Assembly (NCBI GenBank): GCA_002633005.1
Contig: NMRA01001091.1
Span: 1 to 57,753, forward strand
Length of the DNA: 57,753 nt
DNA from: Phoronis australis
Lineage: Eukaryota > Animalia > Phoronida
Reading direction: 5' to 3'
Under the pieces are notes generated by a model. It had not been told where the DNA came from. It did no database searches and worked only from the letters and a program-made list of their open reading frames with translations. Of this stretch, positions 24,233-37,080 are shown in pieces; positions within the stretch are counted from its first letter, which is position 1; the number at the start of each line of letters is the position of its first letter. Both the position numbers and the translations under genes were made by a program.

Positions 24233-24332
24233 CTTGAGGTGAATTGTCCTCGGGCCCTTCTGTCAGCTCAACATCCGTCCTACACAGCACGGCTAGGCTA
24301 ACTATTCCAAAAATTGCGGTACCTTTCATCAT
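24233..24332 (-). CDS. SRCR + alpha2delta/CACHD1-like VWA gene, coding exon 1 (signal peptide)
   Basis: MMKGTAIFGIVSLAVLCRTDVELTEGPEDNSPQ has a basic residue followed by a hydrophobic core. The exon ends at CAAG|GTTTGT, phase 1, which matches the next exon. Confidence 0.7.
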
Positions 24333-26840
24333 ATCTCAATAAATACGAGTCCTACGACCCGAGCTATTTTCTACAGAAAATAAAAGACACGTAATCAAAA
24401 GCACCCCGACCCCCAACAAAAGTTCTTCCTCCGAAAGAAAATAGTCATCGTCTGGAGAAATTCGTGTCTACTAAAAAATAATCATTCATGATTTATATAT
24501 ATTTCACATACTACTTCAAAACTGAGCATGTCCTTTGGTTTGAGATCAATACGCCGAGTAGACGCATGCTCGTGAATTCGGGTGTAAATACAATAATTTG
24601 AACATATCATAGCTCTTTGCAACTTACACCCCATTTTAGCTTTCACAAGTTAAACAAGTATGTTTGAATTATCAAATACACGTTAAAACATGGGAATTAT
24701 TTATAGAAGACATAAATGGTATAATGTGGTAATAATGAACTGGTCTATCTAGTCTTTTTGTCAAGGCCAAGGCAAGGGTATTTTATAATCAGTGAGAATA
24801 CATAATGTATGGTGAATTAGGCGTCCCACATTTGGGAATTGTTTATCATTCTGGTCCAGTTGGTGGATTTAATTCAAACCAAAATGTAATATTTAGCTCT
24901 AGAACTCCAATGGCAATGATAAAACTCCTCTGCTCATCCAGTTTCGGTGTCACTGGCGGACATCCGAGACGAAATCGAAAGTTACGAGAAATCCGTTCAG
25001 GAAAAAAGACAAAATTAAGCAGGGGATGAGAAGGAAGACCACCGAAGCTCATTTCAATCCATATCAAAGTCAATTTTACTAAACCTAGACACTGCTCCAC
25101 CAACGAGTTGTTAAATTATGGTACAACTGGCGAAAATAATCGACCGAAATGTTTCTACTAAAGCAGACGATTGTTATCACGTGTGCGAGCACAGTAGCAT
25201 TATCATTTACTTACTTCGTACAAGTATATCACCAAAGACGGTCTCTGGTATCACATAGTTCTCCTCCTAAAGCAGATTTGAAAACTATAATTAACTTTTT
25301 TTAAACCGCTGGATCAAGTGGAACATTTCATATAAATGATTCCTGATGTAGTCTTGGAGATCAGCTCATGCATAAATTCAAAAGACTTAGGCTTGCTAAC
25401 GTTTCATGATTGACAATCTAATCCACGGGTCTAAGACTCAACACACGGTATACATGTAGGGGACTTAACATTTTTCTGACTTTGTCAATAGTTATGGCTG
25501 GGTAGTTGGAACACACTTTGCACTACACAGGTGTATATAGTAATGGCGTGTGACCAAATTGTTATGATTAGTTAAATATTAAAATAAATCTAATACACGT
25601 CAACGCATATTCCTTCTCCAGCAATGAGAATAAGGATAAACTGAAATTTACGTTATTTTTTTCTAAGTTTGAATTTCGAATTTTTACTAATATGAATGCC
25701 TGTGCGCGCATGAATTATAAGAGACGTCAAATTGTAACTATGGAATGTTCCAGAAATTACATAGTTTATGCAAACATTTAAACACCCATTTTAAAAAAAT
25801 ATTTTGAACTGAGCGTGGTATTGAAGCTTTCATTTTTGAACAAGAACACGGATACCTTTCGACAGTAAAATTCCGATTTTCAAATGCATGGCTTGAGTGA
25901 TCAAACACTGCATGTAGTTCAATCGCGTCATTAAGTGGTGTTCCTGTACACTATATGTAGGCATCTAATTAGTTTTAGAATTTAAAAATTCATGCAGTAT
26001 TTAATACGTATTTTCACTAGCACTTTGAAGCATCCGGTGCAGTTGTTACTTTATGGCGCTCCAGGTGAGTGCTCAATGGAGGACCTTCTGTACTCTCAGC
26101 GGGATAATTTTCTGCATTGCTGGTATTTTGGTTCAAGTTTTTCGAAAAGACTTACACGCAAAAACAGGAGGCAACCAGAATTGAAAAATATGAGAATAGT
26201 TCACTGCTCAACACGTACGGGTTCCGTAGTGAGTGAGTTCCGACTGATAGCATTTTCACGAAGTGCGAAAACAATTCTCAACATCATCGAGATTACAGAC
26301 AAAACCCGCGGGATGACAACGGCATGGCTGAGTATGACCTCGACTTGACAATATGGGCTCGAAGTGAAAAGTAATAGGATAACTTTAAAACTTAACAAAA
26401 ACGAAAGAAAAGAAGTAAAACAAGAAAAGCATGGAACGAATTAAGGATTAGAATTAAGCGCCGACTCGGGTACTCGCTCAGGGCAGTGAGCTGAGGCCCT
26501 GGGCACCAATGGCCGCACCTTTTACCCAGCGACGCCGAGACGTAATGAGACCAGTGGTCCCAAATTGGAGGGAGTGAAGATATTATATTTCAGGTCTGCG
26601 AAGTGGCCTGGGAAGGTTAGGAGGCGACGCAAATAGTGACTTGGGGGTGCCGGGCTAGAGGCTCCCGGCAACAACAGATGTCGCAATGGTAGTCGTTAGG
26701 AGGCGCTAGAAATCGCCCATGTTGAATCGCAGTCTCCGACTGTTGTCAATGACCAGCGACGAAAAGGTGGACAATTTTTACAGACTGCTGAAATTTCTCA
26801 TTCACACACACGGTGTTGGAGGACTCCTTGATAAAGCAGG

Positions 26841-26843
26841 ATG
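26841..26843 (+). CDS. PPIL3: PPIL3 coding exon 1 (ATG only)
   Basis: GCAGG ATG|GTGAGT is a strong donor directly after an ATG, phase 0, and supplies the Met missing from exon 2. Confidence 0.7.
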
Positions 26844-27842
26844 GTGAGTAGCCAGCTATACATCTGACTGAATGTCAAAACACAGTGGGTAAAAGTTGAC
26901 ATTTGAACAGTGTCACTCGTTGTCAGTGAGAGTGAGTGGACAACTGGACAATGTCAATGCACTGTCCGTAGTGTAGACTGTAGTGGTAGTGTATTACTAA
27001 TAGTGCTGTGCCACTGTCTCAACTGGCCCCAGTAGAGACAGTAGCCATCCCTTAGGCCCTACGTATGCTGGAAGCTTTCGAAGAATTATGCCTCTGCAGC
27101 AAATGCCGAGATTACCTGACTCGAGAATCCAACCACCAACCCTTGGCCTGCCCTTGGCCTGATCAACGATAAAACACCGGCAAGCGTTCTAATCATTCAT
27201 CTATGTCGTGAAACGCCCAATGTGGTTTTACTGCACATTGGTATACTTACTACACTATGGCTAGATGAGTGGTTTTCTATCAGTACTTCAAAACCAAGTA
27301 TTTTGCCTGGACAATAAGCAATTAATAGCAGCACTCACGTAGCACTGTCCAAACTGGACTTACCCTGAGCAATCTCAGGAGTGGCTCTCAGCATTCAACT
27401 AGCGACATTGGGAATGTCAAAACTCATACTAAACTCTCAAACATTCAAAGTCCCAACCTAGCAAATATGTGCGTGGCTCAAATCGAAGAAGAGGCTGCAC
27501 ACGCAGACAACAGACAACTTTGAGGAACCTGACATGAAAGGTCAGAGGTCACATTCGTGACAGTTTCAACGTTCACAACAGCTAATAGGCAATTGCCAGT
27601 TAGTGAGTCAGGCTAACAGAGGCTTTTATGTTTCTCCAGAAGCACATAGATCTACAACATTCACCCCTTTCCTATGGAACAGGCATGTTGCCAGGACTTC
27701 AGGTGAACATCAGAATGTCTCACATACAGGTTATCGACAGGCCTTTGCCTTGGTAGCTTTACCAGCTATGTGTAAATTGTTGATAGCCCAAACAAGGTAT
27801 AACTTGTTCTTTTTGATGGTCTGTATACATTCACTGTTTCAG

Positions 27843-27917
27843 TCATTGACACTACACACCGACCTTGGTGACCTCAAGTTGGAACTGTTCTGTGAACAAG
27901 TGCCGCGCTCTTGTGAG
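27843..27917 (+). CDS. PPIL3: Peptidyl-prolyl cis-trans isomerase-like 3, exon 2
   Basis: TTTCAG| SLTLHTDLGDLKLELFCEQVPRSCE |GTAGG. Close to the PPIL3 N-terminus (SVTLHTDVGDIKIEVFCE). Confidence 0.95.
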
Positions 27918-28755
27918 GTAGGCTTCTCTAGCTGTTGTAGACACCTTGGAAAAAATTGACTTGGAGTTAGACCACTTGGATTTAGAAGTGGTTTCGGCTT
28001 ACAGACTCCTTACTTAATGTTCAGATAAGAAGTGATTTCTGAACTTAGTAAGGACTGGGAGAGCTCCATGTGTGCTGAATGGGCCACTTTTTCAAGACAT
28101 GTTTTAGCGTACTCTGAAATAATGTGTCATTTTTGCCCATGCTGAGTTCTAAACGTTTTCTCATCTGAGTTACAACCAACTACAAGGAACGGGTTGAGAT
28201 CAGTTTAATATCGGGAATTGGTCTGACCATGTTCTTTATGCTTCAAGTTCTTGGCAGCTTTTGTGCGAAATTTGTATCTCATTTCTGTTTTACCATTTAG
28301 GTAATTGGTCAGTCAAGTGGTCGCTCATTAACTTGTGTCTGGGTTTACATATTCATGTGTTGGTAGTTAATACGTGATATTTCCATTTAAAACAAGCTAG
28401 TCGTTGAATAGAATAGTATTTGTAACTTGAAACATTGTGCGTTGAAGGCTCACATGTTTTGGACCTTTGTCTACGAATGGCTGGCTAGTAATTATTCCCA
28501 TTGTTTTGACCCAGAAGTTGCATTTGGCCATAATCGTGAAGTGTTTGACTCCTTGCTCTCTCGCGAAAATTCAAGTTTACACAAAACAGTGAGATATTTT
28601 GAAGCACGTGAGCACACTAGCTTAGCTCCTGAAATTCCTGCATGTAACTCTGGTTTCATGGGCGTGCTTTTGTGTTGGCCCATTTTCAGAAGTTCATGGA
28701 TACTACTTGAAACTTCTGTACATAGTATTCTATCAAGATGAATTTTATTTTGCAG

Positions 28756-28849
28756 AACTTCTTAGCTTTATGTGCCAGTGACTACTACAATGGTTGCAAG
28801 TTTCACAGGAACATCAAAAGCTTTATGTTGCAGACAGGGGACCCAACTG
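28756..28849 (+). CDS. PPIL3: PPIL3 exon 3
   Basis: TTGCAG| NFLALCASDYYNGCKFHRNIKSFMLQTGDPT G|GTATGA. Cyclophilin FHR/QTGDPTG motifs. Confidence 0.96.
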
Positions 28850-29227
28850 GTATGATATGTATATCTGTTGCAATGGGAATGTACTGGTATGATATGTATA
28901 TGTGTTTCAATGGGAATTTACTGGTGTGATATGTACCGGGTATATTTGTTTCAGCGAGAATTTACTGGTATGATTTGTTTTTCTGTTTCAACAGGAATTT
29001 ACTGGTATGATGTGTTTATCTATCTTAACGGGAATGTACTGGTATGATATGTATATCTGTTTCAACGGGAATTTACTGGTATTATAGGTATATCTGTTTC
29101 AACGGGAATTTACTTGTATGATGTGTACATCTGTTTCAACGGGAATTTACTGGTATGATGTGTATATCTGCTTTAACGGGAATTTACTGGTATGATATGT
29201 ATATCTGTTTCAACAGGAATGTACTTT
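28846..29227 (+). repeat. 37-bp minisatellite, about 10 copies, starting at the PPIL3 exon 3 donor
   Basis: Unit ACTGGTATGATATGTATATCTGTTTCAACGGGAATTT. One unit is 44 bp. Confidence 0.95.
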
Positions 29228-29578
29228 GATATCAATAGAAATGCGGTCACTTGTTCTTCTATGGAAACCAATGTAATATGTTTTTGCATAAAAATCTGTG
29301 ATCATATCACATAATCAATGTCGAAATTGCATGAATTAAAAAAAATTAAACTCTGCAGGTTTCAACATTCAGGTAGATAAGAAAGTTTGCGTGTATGCTC
29401 CAGTTTTGAATATTTGTTAATAACGCCACTCTGTTAACAGCTTCTAGAAATATTACACATACCATGAACATTGCTGTCAGTATTTCGCCAGTTTTAGGCA
29501 GTGCGTGAGTCTTTTTCATTGCTATACCTCTCTGTGTTGGTAGAGACCACTGTGAGTAAGCAAAGTGTTTTATTTCAG

Positions 29579-29646
29579 GTACTGGTAAAGGTGGAGAGTG
29601 TATCTGGGGCGGGAAATTTGAGGACGAACTGAGGGACAGCTTGAAG
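29579..29646 (+). CDS. PPIL3: PPIL3 exon 4
   Basis: TTTCAG| (G)TGKGGECIWGGKFEDELRDSLK |GTAAT. Phase 1 to 0. Confidence 0.95.
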
Positions 29647-30702
29647 GTAATGCTAACCTATCTGTTAGGTGTTGCAAAAAGCTGCTTTGTGCGAGCCAGT
29701 TTTGTAAGTAAATGGAATGTTCATGTCTAGGGGTGTTGCTGCCAAGAAATTTTCACTTTGCTGCAGCAACCAAATATGTCCAACGCTGTTAAAAATCTGC
29801 CAGTAAAGTTGCTTGTGTACCATGTACTTATTAAAGGTGTACACAATGCTTCTGAAATGTAGCGGCCATATTTGAACTTGTATCCAATGTTGCTTATTGT
29901 CTTTCTGACACTTGAAAGTCTACATGAACGAGTTGAAAATGTACTTTGAACTTACTTTTAATGCTGTGCTCAACCGTCATCTTCAGGTGGTCTCCTACTG
30001 TCTTTAATGGTTTCGTCTCTAAATCAAGACCCTCTCTAGTAGGGGGGACAATAGAGTTGATCAGGCTCTGTCTGACTCTTGAACATCTTGAACGTCCACC
30101 CTCCTGGTGAAAATGTCCTTAGATAGAAAGAATCCTAGGCCATCGCTAACCTGACGGGATGGCTGTCAGTGGCTTCTGAGAGGGGTGTTCTTTGGTCGAA
30201 GCACTTCACCCAATGCCATAGAAAATCAAGCCAATAGGGTGTTCACATAGAAGTTTCCTTTGTCCTGGATGTTGGAAAACGTATAGGTACATTAGGTCTC
30301 ATTTTAGAAATGTCTGGCTGATTCTGATAATCATGTTGGAAAACTTCTCATCAAGGGAAAGTTTGTCCAAGCTTCTGTTGCAGTTGCAGTTGCAGCCCAC
30401 AGCACAGCGGTAAATGTTTGCTGACATTAGAGGGTTGAACACCGTTAATGCATGCGAGAAAAACTAGAAGCAAAAGCAATGCACCAACTATTTATTGAAT
30501 AACATGAGGAACTCCAATGGTGGGAAACCAAGACTCAGAACTGCTTGACGAATGTTGCAGCATTGTGGGTATATACCACAAGATTCAAGTGTTGCTGTGC
30601 CGTCTGGGACTTTCCTATTAGTCAGTGTATTCGTTGGTGCTGAAAGTCTTCCCAAGTTTTTATCACTGTTGCCGAACAACGCCACCTGTTGTTTATTTGT
30701 AG

Positions 30703-30821
30703 CATGACAAGAGAGGTATTGTATCCATGGCAAACAATGGTCCGGACACCAACGGCTCCCAGTTCTTCATCACCTACTCCAAACAGCCCCATCTGGATCT
30801 CAAATACACTGTAATTGGCAG
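30703..30821 (+). CDS. PPIL3: PPIL3 exon 5
   Basis: TTGTAG| [41 protein letters not shown]|GTATG. Confidence 0.96.
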
Positions 30822-31186
30822 GTATGGACAAGCTTAAGTCTGTTATACCATGGAGTAACCCGTGTCAAACTTCAATTATCTTAGGCTTTGTATGCAAATT
30901 TGTCCTATTGTTTTTTAAAAAACCTTTGCAAAATATTTAAATGAAAATTAATTTTTGGAATCTGTATCTAGTCAATGTTATCAATTATATCCTATGTTTT
31001 TCTTTGAACTTAGATTTTACCTTAGAACTTGTCTTAGGCTCAAATGTAGAATTTGAAGCTCAAATCATTTTTCGTATTTTGTACATGTATTTTGCTCTAA
31101 CAAGGGTGAACTCAAAAGAAGTTGAATATCTTTGAAGTCCTGGCTAAGTGCAGTTGTAAGTGCGTACATGTATGTATCCCAAGCTC

Positions 31187-31289
31187 GCACTTGATGACCC
31201 CTACATAATTTTAAATTGCAGGTATGAGCTTGAACTTATTTATTGATGTCTGGTATTAAGTAAACTTGAATTTAGGGGTCGTCAAGTGC
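31187..31289. repeat. Short inverted repeat (MITE-like) in PPIL3 intron 5
   Basis: GCACTTGATGACCCCTA / TAGGGGTCGTCAAGTGC, one mismatch. Confidence 0.65.
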
Positions 31290-31859
31290 AATCTGAGATT
31301 AGGCATTCTTCGATAGAAACCGTTTTATTCAAACACAAAGTCAAAGACACGTGTCTTGACTTTATGCTTCAAGGGTTAATAAACCCATGCCTTTATTCAA
31401 AAAAAACAACTGTTTTTAGGCCACTTACTGGGCTGCATTCCACAAACCATATATGGTAACCTTGCACTTGCAGCGAGAAAAATTTTCACTTATAGAACAA
31501 AAATAGTGAATTCTATCCCATAATTCAACATTCCAACCTCACCGACCAATCACTTCAGTGGTCGCCATTTTGTTGAGTCATGCCAGTAAGGACTTGGAAC
31601 ATTCCAGTAAAGTTGTTTGGTTTTACATAATCTTCCTTTTCTTGCAAGAACATGGGTCTACAGAATGCTTCCCAGTTCTTATATTGGTCTCATTCTGTTC
31701 GCCCGCATTCTCATTAACAGCGTTATTTCATCGTACAAGCCACTAATGTTCTCTCATTTCCCCCAGTCGAGTTCTCATGAACACAATTCTTTCCTTGTGA
31801 ACCACGTGAAAGTGACATGCTCGTCTCTCATTTTGATTCGTGTTTGCTTTAACATCAAG

Positions 31860-31983
31860 GGTGATTGATGGCTTCGATACACTGGATGAATTTGAGAAGG
31901 TGCCGGTGAACGAGAAAAACTACAAACCACTCACAGAGGTTAGGATACGTGATATTACCATACATGCCAACCCGTTAGCATGA
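31860..31983 (+). CDS. PPIL3: PPIL3 exon 6 (terminal)
   Basis: CAAG| (R)VIDGFDTLDEFEKVPVNEKNYKPLTEVRIRDITIHANPLA TGA. ITIHANP is the PPIL3-type C-terminus. Total CDS 483 nt. Confidence 0.95.
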
Positions 31984-34900
31984 CGACTGGTGAGCAGTTT
32001 CCAAGGGACTTATTACATCACCATGTCTTGTGAACAGAGTTGGAAATGAAACGTTGAAGAATTACAACTGCTCCTGATCCTTAGTCATGTGATCAAACAT
32101 TGATGAAGTTTTCAGGATATTGACATGGTGGCACTCTCAGCCCCGCTGAAGACTGGCTGTCATGGATTTTGTGTTTATAGGGTTTTCAAAGAATCCATGT
32201 TATCTGAAGATTGCAAACTATAGAACCATGCCATGGAACTTTGTGAGAAGCTCGATGTGGATCAAAATTGTGAAGTTATGGTTGGAGTCATAGTTGTGAG
32301 GGCAGATTGATTTTGTCACCCTTTAATGTGGAAGCACTCGTTCTGTGCCTGCTATTGTTATTATGTCTAAATCAGATGGGTGATGCTCAGCTGATCCTGT
32401 CCGTCGAGTTGTGTTGATGACCGACCCTAATTGGGCACCTTTTATTAGATCATGAGTGACGGTCACATTTGGAAAGATATGAAACAGGAGTTTGAGTGAC
32501 ATGCTTCGACATGAATCAGTTGTTGTGAGTGAAAGTTTTTAAATCAGTAATGTGCATTAAGTGTTAACAGAACAATACCAAATTTTGTCACAGATGGAAT
32601 GGAGATTAATATCTCGATAACACTGTTCTTGTCAGAGTTCAATGCACAAATTTTTGAAGTAATGAAATGGCAAGTCTGCCTACTGTTACAGATTTATCGA
32701 GTTGTTCCAAGTATTTTAGGGCCTTCAACTGTTATAGATTTTTACTAGTTATTTCTTTTGAAAATCAAATGAAAGTCAAATTAGAAAATATCTGAAAGTG
32801 ACGGAAAGAGTCAAGAACACAAGACCTGTACAATAAGATGTATCCCGAGTACCAGAGAGTGGAATGCTATTTGCATACAAAACTTCCCTTTCTTGATTGG
32901 CAAATTTCAGTTACTTTATGAAGGTATTGACCAATGAAATGTGTGCTTACTTTTCTTTGCATGGTGGGATATCATCTGCTTTGGAAAGTATGTTTAGATG
33001 TTAAGAGTGAACACTTCCTACACTTGGCAGGCGTGAAATAAGCAATTAGCAGCACGTTCTTGCATTAAAAAGTCCAACTGAGCCATTGTCCTGTTTATTT
33101 TGAAACTACTGTACGAGTGTGGACAGTTGGAAATGTTCGAAACTTCGAACGTCACATGTTGGGGTCTGAAAACCGACATATTTACATGACTGAGAGTGGC
33201 ACATTTTCTACCTATGACACTAGTCAGCTGGTTAAAGCCAACTAGCGCAATAATAAATCTTGAGTCGGGTTCATGTTTAGAATAACAATATTTATTAATT
33301 GTTGATATCACAATCACACGATACGAAACATTTCTCCAGGAGAAAATTTATACACAATGTCTAAGGTACTTTCTAAAGGTTGTATACTAAAATTGCACCC
33401 ACCACAAAATAGAATGTTAAGGCAAAAAGTCAATTTCAATAGCATAATTCTTGTGGTAACAAAATTCTTTTTGCGCTTCTTAATGTCAACACAGCAGCTT
33501 ATTTAAAGCAGCATTTCGTTGTTTAGCTCTTTCCATTACCAACGGAAACATGGAACCATCATCAACTCGAAACAAATGCTTCAGAGTACATTGAGGCTGG
33601 TCAACCATAACATAGCGAGTTCAAAAATGACACATGTATGCAATGCTTGTGACTTTAGTTAGTAATGGAAATGCTCCGAACATGATCAGGAATATCATAA
33701 TAAAAGGCTTAGTTCCATTTTCATTTGGAGCCACCTAAACGGTGAAATTTTTGTTTTCTGGGATACAGTTGAGTTTTATACACAACTACAATTTGGGAAA
33801 TGAACCAAATGGTGTTTGTCTATTACTTCTAGCAGCAACACTTTAACAAATCAGCAAACTTCATTTTTTCAAATAAGTCTACAATTAAGCCTTGACCCAA
33901 CTTTCAGTGAATGCAGCTGTATTATGTAGTGTGCAAATTAAAAGAAATAATTTATCAAGGGGAATGCCCTTCAGTACATGCCAAAAATAACCAGATGAAA
34001 CGATACAGAATTTCCCAACATGGCGAGACTTATCACAAGCGGAATTTCCCGTCGCGCCACCCCAGTAGGATCAGAATTGTTCATAATTGGCGACTGGATG
34101 CAAGTGGAATTTTCTGCAAGTGGAATTTCCTGTCATGCTGGCTTTAGTTAGTGGAATCAGAATTGCACATAGATGTTATATAAAGGATTTATGTCTGACA
34201 TTGCCTGCAATAACAGGGAACAAAACTTGTCTAGTCATTTTTGCCGTGTACTGTATTAATGTGTCTAGACTTAACAATTGCTGGACGGAATGTAACATGC
34301 TTTTGCATGGTTGTAGGCTTTAAACTAGACAGTATCTAGGAGTGACTTCTGTACACCCAACACACTCACCAAGCACCTTTGGTGAGAAATCTTCGATAAC
34401 GAAATAGAAGCCGTGAACTCCATCTCTTAATTCGAAATTCTAACCTCCTGAGCAATCACGTCAAGCCAAAATTTAGCTTAGGGCACGGTGATAACATTCT
34501 GAGCACACAGGTGAAACATTCGCTCAACATTCGCATGTTTTACATGATCTTGCTTTTGAGCGAATTTCTTGCACACTCAAATAGACAATTTTCCCCACTT
34601 TCACATTTGTAGCAGTTTTAAGTCTCCCAAATTTAGCAAGCTATACAAGTGGAAAGCCAGCCCTGTCTTCTAGCCATATTCAAGTATAATGCAGTATAAC
34701 AGCAGCATATATGTAGGCTTCCAGAGCTGTCAGATTTCCAAAACATTTCCCTGCAATGCTGTTTCTAATTTGCATAAGGCTTATTATGTACATGTAACGT
34801 CATAGACTGGAAATAAAATACTGACAAAATTTGTTGTGCGGTTTTCCACAGTGAACAATCGCTGCTTAATAAATACATTTAATTCCACTAAGATATCAAA

Positions 34901-35307
34901 TAAAATTACTGTGGTCAACATATCAAAAACAATTATTTCCCACGATATTTTGTTGTGCGGTTTCCCACAGGGTACAATGACTGCTAAAATCTCACAACTA
35001 AATGCAGCAGCCTATCAAGATATCAAATGCGAGCAACATCATTTTGATCGAAATGCAATTTCCCATGTATCAGTTGTTCCTGCCAATCAAGACCTTAACA
35101 GCAAGAAAAACAAGATAGTACAAAATTTTGTGAACATTAACAATATTTTGTAGAGACGAAACTGTCAGAATTCACATCTCTTGTCACCAATACATCTCAG
35201 TTTAACTCCTAGGCCAGCCCAGGTAGTCGAGCTTGTGTTGTTGCTCTCAATAATCAACTTTTATATAACTTCCACCAATCTGAGATGGCTAGTTTGATAA
35301 TAGAACT

Positions 35308-35510
35308 CACTAGCTATCATGAGACTCACTAGCTAACCAATCATGTGACGCACTAGCCAACCAATCGTATGACACACTGGTCAAACAATCATAAGAGTCG
35401 CTGGCCAACCAATCATGTGACTCACTGGCCAAGCAATTACAAGATGCACTGATCAACCAATTATGTGACAGGGTGGCCAAACAATCATGAGACTCACTGG
35501 CCAACCAGTC
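35308..35510 (+). repeat. 24-bp minisatellite, about 8 copies
   Basis: Unit CACTGGCCAACCAATCATGAGACT with variants. Confidence 0.9.
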
Positions 35511-36593
35511 AAGAAGAGGCAGTCTGCCAGAATATGGCAACCAAGCGACATGATTAATGCCCTTCACATTTCAGCAGATTTTAATTATTAGCAGTACACA
35601 GACCCATGGCCTTGTTGATTTTTTAAATTAAAAACACATTGATGACAAAAATATGGTCATCTTGAAATGCATCTTTCTACGTCAAAAGGGCAAAATTTCA
35701 GATCAGCAATTTTTATGTGAATTTACAACTTTCTTTTGATTTCCCACATAATTTTTGCTGCAATTTCTCTACAGCTCAGACAACTTCAATGAAATTCTCT
35801 CGCTTTCTTCAAAACCTGCTCGTCAGTTAGTCAAATTTTCAACTCAGGATACTGAAGAAGACAATCTAATAAAAATTCACAAAACTTCTGCACTCTCTGG
35901 AAAATTCTCGCTATATGATTAAATCTTGAGTTTGCTCAACTAATAGACAATTCATTCCAACAGTTTTGTCGGTTACAAACTCACCCCCAACTCACAACTT
36001 GGCTTTTGGGTAGATATCGAGAATCGCAATAATACAAATTTTCACTTGTTGGCATACAGAGCAACATGAAAGTACTGGAGAGTCGGGTTATCTCACCTCG
36101 GCAAACATTTCTTAGCTTGAAATAAATGAGGTTTTTCTCCCTCTACAAAACATTGAATCTGTCGTCATGTCGACCACGAGCTCATAACGTTATGCCATGA
36201 CTTCATTTTAATAGTTGGTGTCACGAATTATTCAGTTAATCCAACTTAAAAGAAAACTTGTATAATCTGATTTGCAAAGATTGAAGCAAATGGCCAAAAT
36301 ACTGTGTACAACACAATCCAAAAGATTGTGTTGAACACAATCGTTCCAAATCTGCGTACGCATTTGTAAGAATCAGCTACATAGCCATTACTTCACGCCC
36401 TATTCCCACAGCATTTTTTAGACTTTACCAATTACCCTTGATCCTTTACTAATGCAAACACATCCCCATGTAATGACTAGAGGCACATGTGAAGACTTGA
36501 ATCCATCATGAACTTGCTACTGACCGACTACCCATCACCACCTTTTGACATATACACTGGTCACAAATTTCATCCACAAGGTGGCAGTTAGTT

Positions 36594-36715
36594 CTACCTT
36601 CCTTCGCTGTCAAAGACAACATGTTTGAAAGAGCCCGCTGCCAAACTGTTCTTAATCTGTTGACCGCCCACTGCTGCAGTTCCATCCTTAGCAATGTACA
36701 GTTGTAAACCAGATT
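36594..36715 (-). CDS. FAM102A: FAM102A-like exon 7 (terminal)
   Basis: TTTCAG| ESGLQLYIAKDGTAAVGGQQIKNSLAAGSFKHVVFDSEGR TAG. Matches the FAM102 C-terminal L-x-L-F/Y-V/I-x-x-D-G motif. Total CDS 1041 nt. Confidence 0.9.
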
Positions 36716-36830
36716 CTGAAAAGAACACCATGTGAGAAGTCAAGTTTGTTAAAAGTACAAAAGCATTACGTCATGAGGGGCATCGCAATTCAAATTTCAC
36801 TGAATTTTAGCAAGTAGTAAGATAACTCAA

Positions 36831-37080
36831 GTTGCTCAGGCAGGTTACACAATAGAGGTCAGGACATATCAATAAAGGAGCAGCAGTTGAAATAGGCATT
36901 TCATTCTTCTTCTGTAGTAGTTCATCGATTTTTGCCACTCAAACAATGAAATAGTTCAGTTTCCAATGCGGGTTTAGTTTTTATAGTCCATAGTGTACAA
37001 ACTGGGTGGGACAGAATGTTGCTACCAATAGGTGGCAGTTGTCACCAACGCCCATCTCTGTTCCCTAACACCCAAACGAC
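36831..37080 (+). repeat. Dispersed repeat of about 230 bp, copy 1 (others at about 39918-40150 and 43124-43330)
   Basis: All copies start GTTGCTCAGGCA(G/T)GT(T/A)ACACAA(T/C)AGAGGT and stay collinear. Confidence 0.85.

Noticed and set aside
35310-35567. ORF with DWLASESH repeats
   Set aside because: Translation of the 24-bp minisatellite. No splice or homology support.
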